Under the pieces are notes generated by a model. It saw nothing but the letters and a program-made list of their open reading frames with translations. It searched no databases and was not told the origin of the DNA. A DNA stretch of 64,000 nt, taken from positions 7,896 through 71,895 of the forward strand of contig DATDGL010000059.1 of NCBI GenBank assembly GCA_036522115.1, given 5' to 3'. Each line of letters starts with the position of its first letter. Position 1 is the first letter of the stretch. The DNA is from Candidatus Angelobacter sp. Its GTDB lineage: Bacteria; Acidobacteriota; Terriglobia; Terriglobales; Acidobacteriaceae. Shown piece by piece: positions 7,578 to 16,440 of the stretch. A program made the position numbers and the translations under genes.

Positions 7578-8000
7578 TTAAATGGGAACTCTCTCAAGCG
7601 GAACGATGAACTGAATGCCATCCACCTTTTTTCTCTGGAGTCTGGCATCGTTGGTGACGAAAAGGTCAATGCCAGCGTCGGCAGCGCAGGCAAGCTGAAT
7701 GGCATCGGGCGGGCGAAGAGCACGGTCCGAGCGGAGCGAAGCGTAAATCCGCGCCGCTTTTGTATCGAAGGGAAGGATGAGTGCGGCGGCTGTAATAGCT
7801 GTCTCATACCGCGAGCATAGTTGCATGTCTCCCTGTTCCGTTGGCTTGACGAGGATCTCTCCCAACGTGAGCGTGGACGTCAGCAACTGGTCGCCGCGCG
7901 CCAACATTTTCGTGCGGAGAGCTGCTGTTGCCTTCGATAGCGGGCCATAGTCTTCAAACAAGTAGATGAACAGATTGGTGTCCCAGAAGATGCGGCTCAT
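7578..8000 (-). CDS. vapC: PIN-domain toxin VapC
   Basis: 140 aa with FWDTNLFIY, TLGEILV, PPDAIQLACA and FVTNDARL. There is an ATGA overlap with the upstream gene. Confidence 0.85.
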   Translation of the reverse strand: MSRIFWDTNLFIYLFEDYGPLSKATAALRTKMLARGDQLLTSTLTLGEILVKPTEQGDMQLCSRYETAITAAALILPFDTKAARIYASLRSDRALRPPDAIQLACAADAGIDLFVTNDARLQRKKVDGIQFIVPLERVPI

Positions 8001-8497
8001 TCCCAGCCCTCGCGGAGCCGGCGCACATAGTCGTCCGCATGTTCATCCGCCCACAGGTGCTTGCCTGAGCCACGCAAGGCGAGCAGCGGATCGGCCTTGG
8101 CGGCAGCCCTGGCCGCGGCCGCAGACCATCCTTCATACCAGTTCAACAGGCCGTCGTAGCCATAAGGCATGTCTTCCCGACGCGGCGTGATCTTGGCATC
8201 GTCACGTCCAGGATGATACGAATCGCCTTTGCGGAAGAGGCGGCGTCGGCCCGCAGCGGTTTCAAACAGCATCCGGTACCGCCCGGGGTTGGGTGGGCGG
8301 TTGGCAACGCAATGTTGCACCACGTGAACGTACACGCCGGGGCGGAAGGGAAGGTTGCGGGCTTCCCGCTTTGCACGATCGACGATCTCTTCGATTGTGA
8401 AATCTCCACGCTCAGGATGCTCCCGGTGAAGTAGAGCAACAGCAATCCAAACTTCGTCGGCGACTTTAATGGCCGTCTTTGCAATGACTGGTTTCAT
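7997..8497 (-). CDS. Unrecognised ~166-aa protein in the antitoxin position of a PIN module (paralogue of 55112..55615)
   Basis: The track ORF is 7997..8638; I take Met48 (ATG at 8497, MKPVIAKTAIKVADEVW...) as the start. It shares IKVADEVW.A..LLHRE.P.R.DF...EIV.RA, HCVA...PNP.R.RML.ET..GRRRLFR.GD and WYE with the second copy. Confidence 0.6.
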   Translation of the reverse strand: MKPVIAKTAIKVADEVWIAVALLHREHPERGDFTIEEIVDRAKREARNLPFRPGVYVHVVQHCVANRPPNPGRYRMLFETAAGRRRLFRKGDSYHPGRDDAKITPRREDMPYGYDGLLNWYEGWSAAAARAAAKADPLLALRGSGKHLWADEHADDYVRRLREGWE

Positions 8498-8546
8498 GAT
8501 TATTTCATGATTACTAAGTAAAAATGAATTGTCAATAATAGTATAA

Positions 8547-8804
8547 TTGGTCCCTGTCGCCAACGCGGTGCAGATTTCCAGGGTTATTGATGCAAGAGGA
8601 CTGACCCAGGTTGAAGCGGCGGCGGTGCTGAAAGTCAATCAGCCTGAAATATCCGATCTCCTGCGTGGACGCCTTAAAGGTTTTTCGACAGAACGACTTT
8701 TTCGTTTTCTAAATTTGCCTGGTCAAGACGTGAACATGGTGATCCGTGAAAAACCAGCGCGCCGCTCTCATGCTCATGTTAGTGTGGCCGTTCAGTCCAT
8801 CTAA
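8547..8804 (+). CDS. XRE-family HTH protein (HigA/HTH_37-like), apparently short at the N-terminus, no toxin partner
   Basis: GLTQVEAAAVLKVNQPEISDLLRGRLKGFSTERLFRFLNLPGQDVNMVI is typical of the family. Only a non-ATG start is available, and the usual N-terminal helix looks missing. Confidence 0.5.
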   Translation: MVPVANAVQISRVIDARGLTQVEAAAVLKVNQPEISDLLRGRLKGFSTERLFRFLNLPGQDVNMVIREKPARRSHAHVSVAVQSI

Positions 8805-10031
8805 GATATTGCAGTGCCGAGAATTACCGTTCAACCGGGACGACCTTCGCCAGGACCTGACAACACCAAGCTCAAGTCCACTGCTGAGCTTGTTCCCCTT
8901 CTCGCATTGCTTTCACCGCCATCACGAAAGACGCTTTCGCTTCAGCAGTTTCTCAGTATCTCTGGATTGGCAAGTCGATCTGAGTCACCTTTGTGGGATG
9001 ACAGGACGGTAGGGAAAAGAAAGATAGTTCTGGCAGTCTCTTATTCCACAGTCACTACTCTTTGGTAGTGGGCTATTTTGGCTTTATGGTGACCATGCAG
9101 CTTCTCCTTGTCATTCTGAGCCGAAGCGTAGCGCAGGCGAAGAATCCCACAACCGCATCCAGGAATCACGCGGCATTCGACGTATTCATCTCACTCCCTG
9201 AAAGTGCATGCAGTTTGACTTTTTGCCCACAAAATATCTTTGTTTGCGGTCCAAGTAGCCCACTACCGAATATCACGCTCGATTGAATACAAACTGAGAA
9301 GAGGGTCTGGCATGGAAAAGATCAAATAGGAACTGTCTATCATCTTCGCGATGCGCTAAAAGATGAATATCAGCATCCCAATCGCCCGGAATGGCACTCC
9401 AACAGCCCGCAAAAAGTGACAAAACATTGGCTTTTTTGCAAAAAAGTGCTGTCACTCTGACAGCATTGTGACAGCACTTGATTGACTCTCATACCCCCTG
9501 GTGCAATTCTGGAAATGTAGGGACCGTGTCAAAGGTTGTTGGGCGAAAGGGGTTTCAGATCACCCGATGAACCGGATGACCCGATTTCCAGGCTGTTCCC
9601 CCAGGGGTCAACAGTCGCAAGACGTGATCTTTGACAACTGAATATTGAGGCGTTCAGCGGGCAGGCGTGAACGAAGCGAATGAGTAGCGCAGTGGGGGCC
9701 TTCTGCCGAAAATCCCGGCTTGCCGGGGGAAAGCAGTGCTGCGCTGATAAAACCGCAAGCGCCACCGGCTCTCGCTCTGGCGAGAGGTGGATTTCTGCCG
9801 GGAGGAAGAATCTAAACCCTTCTTCCTTTTGCAGCCGGAGCGGAGGGGCGGGCGGGGAAGCGCAACCGGCGCTCGCAGCGAGTCACGAGCGCCCCGGAGA
9901 GAGGTGTGTGTTGAATGTGTTTCGAGTCAGTCCGGCTGCCAAAGTCCGGCGGCCTCCGTCTTTTGCCGTGGGAAAGTGCTCTGTTCCACGGCGGGAGGTC
10001 ACGGCAAACTCTTGCGCTCACCCTCAGTCAT

Positions 10032-10221
10032 CCGCAACGAATATCTGCTTGGTTTTCAATGGCTTTTGCGGATCAGGGGATCCCAAGAGCCTGCGCAGGA
10101 GTCGATCCGCAACGAAAAAGTCATTTGTTTTCAACAACCTTTGCGGTAACGCGAATGGAGGAAAGGCGGTTTTAGGCCTATCCGCAACGAAAAAGTGCTT
10201 TGTTTTCAATGACCTTTGCGG
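10032..10221 (+). repeat. Three imperfect 40-nt repeats separated by two unrelated 35-nt spacers (period exactly 75 nt)
   Basis: R1 10032-10071 is CCGCAACGAATATCTGCTTGGTTTTCAATGGCTTTTGCGG. R2 10107-10146 is CCGCAACGAAAAAGTCATTTGTTTTCAACAACCTTTGCGG. R3 10182-10221 is CCGCAACGAAAAAGTGCTTTGTTTTCAATGACCTTTGCGG. Each has CCGCAA...TTGCGG inverted termini. Confidence 0.7.
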
Positions 10222-10429
10222 CAGTGCGGCAATACTGGTGATTTTTCAATTTCCAGCACTTTTGTGAGAATTTTGGAGGTAATTGCACCATCAATAGTGC
10301 AGTCGGATTCCGGTTTTTGAAAACTCTCTCTCGAATGTCGAGCTGGTTAATCCGATCTCCTGTTGAGGTGGCTTATGATCTCGGTTTTGACTCCATGTCA
10401 AAACTACTATGATGGTCAGGGAGGCAGCC

Positions 10430-11233
10430 ATGCAGAGTGCGTTAGAAAACCAAGTCAAAAAATATGAGAGTTTGTGCCTTGAGTTCGAGGGGGACCTTGC
10501 CATCATCACGCTGAACCGGCCCAATCGACGCAATGCTCTGTCCCTCGAGCTGATGCTGGAACTCATCGAGTGCCTGGACCAGATCGGGAAAGACCGAAGC
10601 GTGCGGGCCGTGGTTTTGGCTGCCGCCGGCAAAGTCTTTTCTTCCGGGCATGATCTGAGCGAGATGGTGGGCCGTGATCTGAATGAGTATCGGCGTATCT
10701 TCGATGTGTGTTCGGAATTGATGAAAAAGATTCAATCCATCCCCCAGCCGGTTATCGCCCGGATCCAGGGAATGGCCACGGCCGCCGGATGTCAACTGGT
10801 AGCCGCTTGCGATCTGGCTGTGGCCTCCGATCAGGCTGCGTTCGCTACTCCAGGCGTGAAAATCGGCCTGTTCTGCACTACGCCCATGGTTGCACTCAGC
10901 CGTGCCATAGGCCGGAAACGGGCCTTGCAAATGTTGCTTACAGGAGAGATGGTGAATGCCGTTACCGCCGCTGAGTGGGGCTTGGTCAACATGGTCGTCC
11001 CGGCTGAGGAACTCGCGGACGCGGCCAGGAAACTTGCAAAGCAGATCGCCGATGCGAGTTCGCTGACTGTGGCCCTGGGCAAAGAGGCTTTCTACGCGCA
11101 AATTGACCTGGACCAACCCAAAGCCTACGCCTATGCCAAAGAGGTGATGAGCATGAACGCCCTTGCGGTCGATGCCCAGGAGGGAATTTCAGCGTTCCTG
11201 GGAAAACGACAACCGTGCTGGGTGGGGAAATGA
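10430..11233 (+). CDS. Enoyl-CoA hydratase/isomerase (crotonase) family protein
   Basis: LNRPNRRNALS, VVLAAAGKVFSSGHDL, ARIQGMATAAGCQLVAACDLAVA, EGISAFLGKRQP. ATG at 10430 (MQSALEN). Confidence 0.9.
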   Translation: MQSALENQVKKYESLCLEFEGDLAIITLNRPNRRNALSLELMLELIECLDQIGKDRSVRAVVLAAAGKVFSSGHDLSEMVGRDLNEYRRIFDVCSELMKKIQSIPQPVIARIQGMATAAGCQLVAACDLAVASDQAAFATPGVKIGLFCTTPMVALSRAIGRKRALQMLLTGEMVNAVTAAEWGLVNMVVPAEELADAARKLAKQIADASSLTVALGKEAFYAQIDLDQPKAYAYAKEVMSMNALAVDAQEGISAFLGKRQPCWVGK

Positions 11234-11499
11234 TTCACGGCGATTCGCTTCTGGCTGACGCGTTCGCACTATGACCTCTGGTAAAATCGCAAACGCGCTT
11301 TTAATCTATGCTGCGACCCCGGCTTGATCATGGCTGTAGCTTCCTGGGTGTCTGGGACTGGAACGCGAAGAGACGGAGAAAACTCCCAACCCTGGGCTGC
11401 GACTATTCCATCCAGCCTGATTCTGGGTCGCCTGCGTATCCGAGCGTTGGACCGGCGCTTCCTCAACCATCGAAGCGGACGGAATGCCATGGAGTCAAG

Positions 11500-12174
11500 A
11501 TGTTTTGTGGCACGCTGCTCGCCGCTATCGCGCACGCAGTTTTCTTCTGCCCGAGTGTGTACCCACAGCAGGCTGGCGCGGCGAAGCCGGTTGTGGTGCA
11601 GCCGGGTGCGCCGGGTAAGCCGAGCAGGACACTGCCACCGTCGACACCGGCCACGCTGCCGCCGCTGGCGCATGCGGATGTGGAGTTCATGCACGGCATG
11701 ATCCTGCATCATTCCCAGGCGGTCGAGATGACGGCGCTGATGGAGTCGCACACGGAGAACAAGGCCTTGCGCCTGCTAGGGGCGCGAATCAGCCGTTCGC
11801 AGTCGGACGAAATTAAGTTTATGCAGCGCTGGCTGGCGGCCCGGAAAGAGCCGCTTCCCGCGGCCATGCCGGGAATGGCGGGCATGGACATGGCGCGTGG
11901 ACCGATGGCGCTTATGCCCGGCATGCTTACGCCGGAGCAGATGGAGGCTTTGCGCAAGGCTAAGGGCGCCGGGTTCGACCGCTTATTCTTGACCGGGATG
12001 ATCCAGCATCACAACGGCGCATTGACCATGGTGAAGGATTTGTTCGACACCGCAGGCGCGGGGCAGGATGCCGAACTGTTCGACTTTGCAACCGATGCGG
12101 ACAATACGCAAAGAGCCGAGATCAGGGTTATGCAGACTATGTTGGAGAAAAACTTTCCAGAGGAGAAACAATGA
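11500..12174 (+). CDS. DUF305-family protein, secreted
   Basis: I take the ATG at 11500 (GGAG SD; MFCGTLLAAIAHAVFF signal-like). There are two HH..A..M repeats: MILHHSQAVEMT and MIQHHNGALTMV. Confidence 0.8.
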   Translation: MFCGTLLAAIAHAVFFCPSVYPQQAGAAKPVVVQPGAPGKPSRTLPPSTPATLPPLAHADVEFMHGMILHHSQAVEMTALMESHTENKALRLLGARISRSQSDEIKFMQRWLAARKEPLPAAMPGMAGMDMARGPMALMPGMLTPEQMEALRKAKGAGFDRLFLTGMIQHHNGALTMVKDLFDTAGAGQDAELFDFATDADNTQRAEIRVMQTMLEKNFPEEKQ

Positions 12175-14162
12175 ACCGAGTAGCCAGTTTTGTCTTTTCC
12201 GTGGCGGTCGCCGCGATCTTTTTATTTCCTGCTGCGAACCGCCTGCAGGCACAGGCGCAGACGCCCGCAGCAGAAGAGCGGGACCCGTTTGCTCCGGAGC
12301 CCGCTGCTCCGCTGCCACCGGGCATGACCGGGTCGGATGTAAACGATCCGCGGGCAAAGCTGGCTCCGGGCCTCTATGACGCCGGTGAAGCAGCCATGGG
12401 GATGAAACACCTGGTCCTGCTCAGGAAGCCTGCCGCATTTCAACTCGGGACCTCTGATGCTGATGATCCCAAGGTGCAGAAGACGCTGGGCCAGATGGGC
12501 GCGACGAACATCTCCAAGATGCCAAAGCCGGTACAGTTGGTGCGCGCGCAGCTTGCTTTCGCGAACTCGGACCTTGCGTTTCAGGGCAACCATCTGTTTC
12601 AGGGGAATTTTTATGGCGTGAATATCTATGACATTTCCCATCCGGCGCAGACCAGGTTGCTCACTTCGCTGGTGTGCCCTGGCGGCCAGGGTGATGTATC
12701 CGTCTATAAAAACCTGCTGTTCATGTCAGTGGAGGCGACGAACGGGCGCATCGATTGCGGCGCCGAGGGATTTCCGCCTGAGCCTCCGCCGCCCGCAGGA
12801 GCCGAAAGAGAAAAAAGAGGACGTCCTGTGCCGGCGGCACAAAAGGACCGTTTCCGCGGCGTGAGGATCTTCGACATTTCCGATATCCGGAATCCGAAGC
12901 AGGTGGCTGCGGTGCAGACGTGCCGGGGATCGCACACGCATACCCTGGTGGTCGATCCCAACGACAAAGACAACGTTTATATCTACGTGTCAGGCACGTC
13001 GTTTGTGCGCCGTCCGGAAGAACTTCCCGGATGCTCCGGGGAAAAGCCGGACAAAGACCCGAATACAGCGCTGTTTCGCATCGAGGTAATCAAGGTTCCG
13101 CTGGCAGCGCCGCAGGACGCGAAAGTGGTGTCCAGTCCTCGGGTATTCATCGACGCCCGGACAGGCGCGATGAACGGCCTGAACAACGGCGGCACCCACG
13201 GCAAGACCGGCGCAGAGAAGCCCAAGGACACGGACCAGTGCCACGACATCACGGTGTATTCGGCGATCGGCTTGGCCGCGGGCGCGTGCTCCGGAAATGG
13301 AATCCTGCTCGACATCAGGGACCCCGTACATCCGAAGCGCGTGGACGCGGTGAACGACCCGAACTATTCGTACTGGCATTCAGCATCGTTCTCGAACGAT
13401 GGCGACAAGGTCGTGTTTACCGACGAGTGGGGTGGCGGCTTGGGGCCGCGGTGCCGTCCCAACGACCCGAACAAGTGGGGCGCGGATGCGATCTTTGATG
13501 TGAAGGACGACAAGCTGAATTTCCAGAGCTATTACAAGATGCCGGCTGCGCAGAGTGACACGGAGAATTGCGTGGCGCACAACGGCTCGCTGGTTCCCGT
13601 CCCGGGCCGCGATATCGAAGTGCAGGCCTGGTACCAGGGCGGCGTCTCCGTGGTAGATTTCACTGACCCGGCGAAACCGTTCGAGATTGCTTACTTCGAC
13701 CGCGGGCCGATTGACGCGAAGATGATGGTTTTGGGCGGTGAATGGTCGGCCTATTGGTACAACGGCTACATTTACGGTTCGGAGATTGCGCGCGGCCTGG
13801 ACGTCTTTGAACTGAAGCCGACCAGGTTTCTGACGCAGAACGAAATCGACGCAGCGAAGACGGTGCAGGTAAATGAGCTGAATGTGCAGAACCAGCAAAA
13901 GATCGAGTGGCCGGCGCACATGATCGTGGCGAAGGCGTACCTGGACCAGTTGTCGCGGTCGCAGGCATTGCCGGCAAACCAGATCTCAGATCTGCGGAAG
14001 GCGATCCAGGGCGCGGAGAGTTCGCACATGAGCCAGGAGAAGCTGGCAAAGTTGAAGAGCATGGCGCCGTCGTTGGAAGAGAGCGCTGCCACGGCGAAAA
14101 GCCCGGCTGACTCGACAAGGCTGCATGCTTTGGCGGAGATCCTGAAGCATCCTTCAGCGTGA
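12171..14162 (+). CDS. Secreted LVIVD-repeat beta-propeller protein
   Basis: N-terminal signal peptide. Recurring propeller blades end in VNIYDISHP, VRIFDISDIRNP, ILLDIRDPVHP, VSVVDFTDPAKP and GLDVFEL. ATGA overlap with the DUF305 gene. Confidence 0.75.
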   Translation: MNRVASFVFSVAVAAIFLFPAANRLQAQAQTPAAEERDPFAPEPAAPLPPGMTGSDVNDPRAKLAPGLYDAGEAAMGMKHLVLLRKPAAFQLGTSDADDPKVQKTLGQMGATNISKMPKPVQLVRAQLAFANSDLAFQGNHLFQGNFYGVNIYDISHPAQTRLLTSLVCPGGQGDVSVYKNLLFMSVEATNGRIDCGAEGFPPEPPPPAGAEREKRGRPVPAAQKDRFRGVRIFDISDIRNPKQVAAVQTCRGSHTHTLVVDPNDKDNVYIYVSGTSFVRRPEELPGCSGEKPDKDPNTALFRIEVIKVPLAAPQDAKVVSSPRVFIDARTGAMNGLNNGGTHGKTGAEKPKDTDQCHDITVYSAIGLAAGACSGNGILLDIRDPVHPKRVDAVNDPNYSYWHSASFSNDGDKVVFTDEWGGGLGPRCRPNDPNKWGADAIFDVKDDKLNFQSYYKMPAAQSDTENCVAHNGSLVPVPGRDIEVQAWYQGGVSVVDFTDPAKPFEIAYFDRGPIDAKMMVLGGEWSAYWYNGYIYGSEIARGLDVFELKPTRFLTQNEIDAAKTVQVNELNVQNQQKIEWPAHMIVAKAYLDQLSRSQALPANQISDLRKAIQGAESSHMSQEKLAKLKSMAPSLEESAATAKSPADSTRLHALAEILKHPSA

Positions 14163-14434
14163 GGACATCACGGCAGCCAAATCAAGCAAAACGGCGTGGA
14201 ATCGCGGTTGTTTCCGCAGGCGACGGACTCATTCCGCCGCCTTCGCCGCCAAGGCCTCGACTACCGCGATGTTGGCCAGCAACTCCTGTGGCAGCCCAAC
14301 TGTTTCATCCACTGAATGATGGCTGGGTTTGCTGATGATTCCGCTGGCTGATAGAGCTGTCATACGCGAATCCTTACTGTTTGTAGATTACGAATGAATG
14401 GAACTGCCTCTCAGTCGCGCAAAGATTGCCGGGC

Positions 14435-15358
14435 TCAGGCCACTTTTTTTGCTTCGTAATACCTACCGTTCACTTCACTGCCCATTACCGCGAAATCGGT
14501 GCTGGAGGCCTCCAGCGGATCCGTTTTGAAGATGAAGTTGATGGAAGGCACGCGAATAGCGGCTTCGAGTTGTCCATTCGCCTTAAAGCCTTCAAATCTA
14601 TATTGCCTTGTTGGATCTTCGTACTTCACCGGCTCATCCGTTGCTTTCAAGACCAGCTTGAAATCCATAAATGCTGGAATCGTTTCGGCTTCCATATCCG
14701 GCCAGCGCGACTGATCAATGATGGGCACGTCAGTCATCTGGAGGGTAGCCGTTTTGCCATCCGCACTAAAAGTAAGCCCAGTCGCGGGCACAGGAGTGAC
14801 CCAGTACAGGCCCTCGGGCGAGATGGGCGGATGGAAATCATGGACCTGATTCGCAGGGACCGCCGGTCCCTTGAATACTGTGAGTCAGGTGTGAGCCAAG
14901 ATCGCCTGATGCGCCTGGCGCCCAGCCCAGTACTCGCCCGCCATGTAGCTGTAATCTGTGGTGGGCGTGCCCCAGGCGAGCCGGTTACCCTTATTATCTG
15001 TGCCCATGCCATGGAAGCCGTTACAGCGCGCCAGCTTGCCTTGGAAGTGGTAGATATTCGAAAGTTCGACGTTTGGCGCCGCAGCCTGATTGTGATTTCC
15101 ATTCTTATCGAGCCAAGGAATGGGATACGGACACGGGCCACCATTGGCTGGCGCGTGGTCCTGCGGAATGGGAGGCGCACAACTCTGCGTTGCAGATTGT
15201 GCGCGAATCAACTGACCTGGAAGCGAAGCGGCAAAGACGGACCCAATACCAAGCCCCAACAAGGTGCGGCGGTTCATCTGCAATCCCGAACTGCGATCAG
15301 TTGACCGCGCCTGGTCGGCCATGTGCGCCGCCGGTTTAGCATTGAGAGCAAAATCCAT
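14435..15358 (-). pseudogene. Tat-signal protein of unknown function interrupted by a single in-frame TGA (14885-14887)
   Basis: Track ORFs 14885..15391 and 14435..14791 are in the same frame, and the 31 codons between them contain no stop. AAGGAGG lies 5 nt before the ATG at 15358. Twin-arginine signal: NRRTLLGLGIGSVFAAS. Confidence 0.5.
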
Positions 15359-15409
15359 AAATGCCTCCTTGCATTTCAACTCCAAGTGCAATTTGATTGA
15401 GCGTAACTT

Positions 15410-16324
15410 CTACTTATGCCCGGCCTCTCTCAGAAACGTGCCCTCGCGGAGTTCTGTGAATGCCTGGCGGAGCTGCTCCTGCGTGTTCATCACGATAGGT
15501 CCGTACCAGGCGACCGGCTCTTCGAGCGGCTTACCTGAGACCAGCAGAAAGCGGATTCCTTCGTCGCCGGCCTGGACCATAAGCTCGTCGCCTCGATCAA
15601 AGAGCACGAGCGAACGGTTCTCTGCCTGTGCGGGAGGCGTTGTGTCCAGCCAGCCAACGGGTTCCGTCGGCACAGCAAGCGGGCCGGACGCGTTGCAGAA
15701 CTTCCCTGCACCGGAAAAGACGTACGCAAAGGCGTGGCGAGTGATCTCGACAGGAAGAGTCTTCCTGCGGCCGGGCGGCACCATCACGTCAAGGTAAATG
15801 GGATCGGCAGCGATTCCATCCACCGGCCCCTTCTTGCCCCAAAAGCTGCCGCAGACAATGCGAACCTCGGCGCCGTCATCGTCCTTCACCACGGGGATTC
15901 CATCCGACTTGACTTCCTGGTAGCGCGGAGCCGTCATCTTGAGCGACGAGGGAAGGTTAGCCCACAACTGGAAGCCATGCATGCGGCCACTATGATCGCC
16001 TTTCGGCATTTCCTGGTGGATGATCCCGCTGCCCGCGGTCATCCATTGCACATCGCCGGCCGCAATGGAGCCCCTGTTCCCCATGCTGTCGCCGTGCTCC
16101 ACCGTTCCGGCAAGGACGTATGTGATCGTCTCAATTCCGCGGTGAGGGTGCCAGGGAAAACCTGCCAGATAATCTTCCGGAATGTCATTGCGGAAGTCAT
16201 CGAGCAGGAGAAAGGGATCAAAATCAGAAGTATTACTAAAGCCGAAGGCCCGGCGTAGGTGCACCCCAGCGCCTTCCAGAGTCGGCTTGGAAGAGATGAT
16301 TCGTTTAACAGGCCGGAGAGACAT
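15410..16324 (-). CDS. Pirin family protein
   Basis: FPWHPHRGIETITYVLAGTVEHGDSMGN and QWMTAGSGIIHQEMP (bicupin pirin signatures). Confidence 0.9.
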   Translation of the reverse strand: MSLRPVKRIISSKPTLEGAGVHLRRAFGFSNTSDFDPFLLLDDFRNDIPEDYLAGFPWHPHRGIETITYVLAGTVEHGDSMGNRGSIAAGDVQWMTAGSGIIHQEMPKGDHSGRMHGFQLWANLPSSLKMTAPRYQEVKSDGIPVVKDDDGAEVRIVCGSFWGKKGPVDGIAADPIYLDVMVPPGRRKTLPVEITRHAFAYVFSGAGKFCNASGPLAVPTEPVGWLDTTPPAQAENRSLVLFDRGDELMVQAGDEGIRFLLVSGKPLEEPVAWYGPIVMNTQEQLRQAFTELREGTFLREAGHK

Positions 16325-16440
16325 GCGTAGTTCCTTCTACTTCTGTGCGAACAGCGGCTGCTGCCAGCATCGAGAACCCTCACTCGTTCGGCAATGCGCC
16401 GACCAGAGTTAGTGGTTTAGTCTGAGGGTGCAAGCGTGTG

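Noticed and set aside
9064-9267. A MITE-like element bounded by a 12-bp terminal inverted repeat, GGTAGTGGGCTA (9064-9075) / TAGCCCACTACC (9256-9267), enclosing a GTCATTCTGAGC...GAAGAATCC motif.
   Set aside because: By my rough estimate, about one 12-bp inverted repeat within 300 nt is expected by chance in 64 kb. No target-site duplication or second copy is visible in the window.
9273-9455. A 60-aa minus-strand ORF with a faint nucleotidyltransferase-like string (LFAGCWSAIPGDWDADIHLL).
   Set aside because: The resemblance to GS.ARG....SD.DLL is too degenerate. At most it is a decayed fragment.
9700-9960. RNase P RNA-like strings (AAATCCCGGCTTG at ~9712 and CAAAGTCCGGCGG at ~9940).
   Set aside because: The two motifs are in the wrong order for an RNase P RNA on this strand, and neither matches the conserved GGAAAGTCCGGGC or ACAGAACCCGGCTTA closely enough.
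10032-10221. Calling the 40/35-nt periodic repeats a CRISPR array.
   Set aside because: There are only three units, the repeats differ at 4-6 of 40 positions, and there are no cas genes or recognisable leader in the window. It is reported as a repeat and finding, not as a CRISPR feature.
14229-14363. A 44-aa minus-strand ORF (MTALSASGIISKPSHHSVDETVGLPQELLANIAVVEALAAKAAE) with AAGGA 7-8 nt upstream.
   Set aside because: Only the SD supports it. There is no motif and no paralogue, and it is too short to judge. It is worth checking in Ribo-seq but is not annotated.
14885-14887. Annotating the in-frame TGA as selenocysteine.
   Set aside because: There is no Cys partner or redox motif. The downstream hairpin has a 3-nt loop unlike known bacterial SECIS elements. 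No sel genes are in view. It remains an open alternative in the finding.
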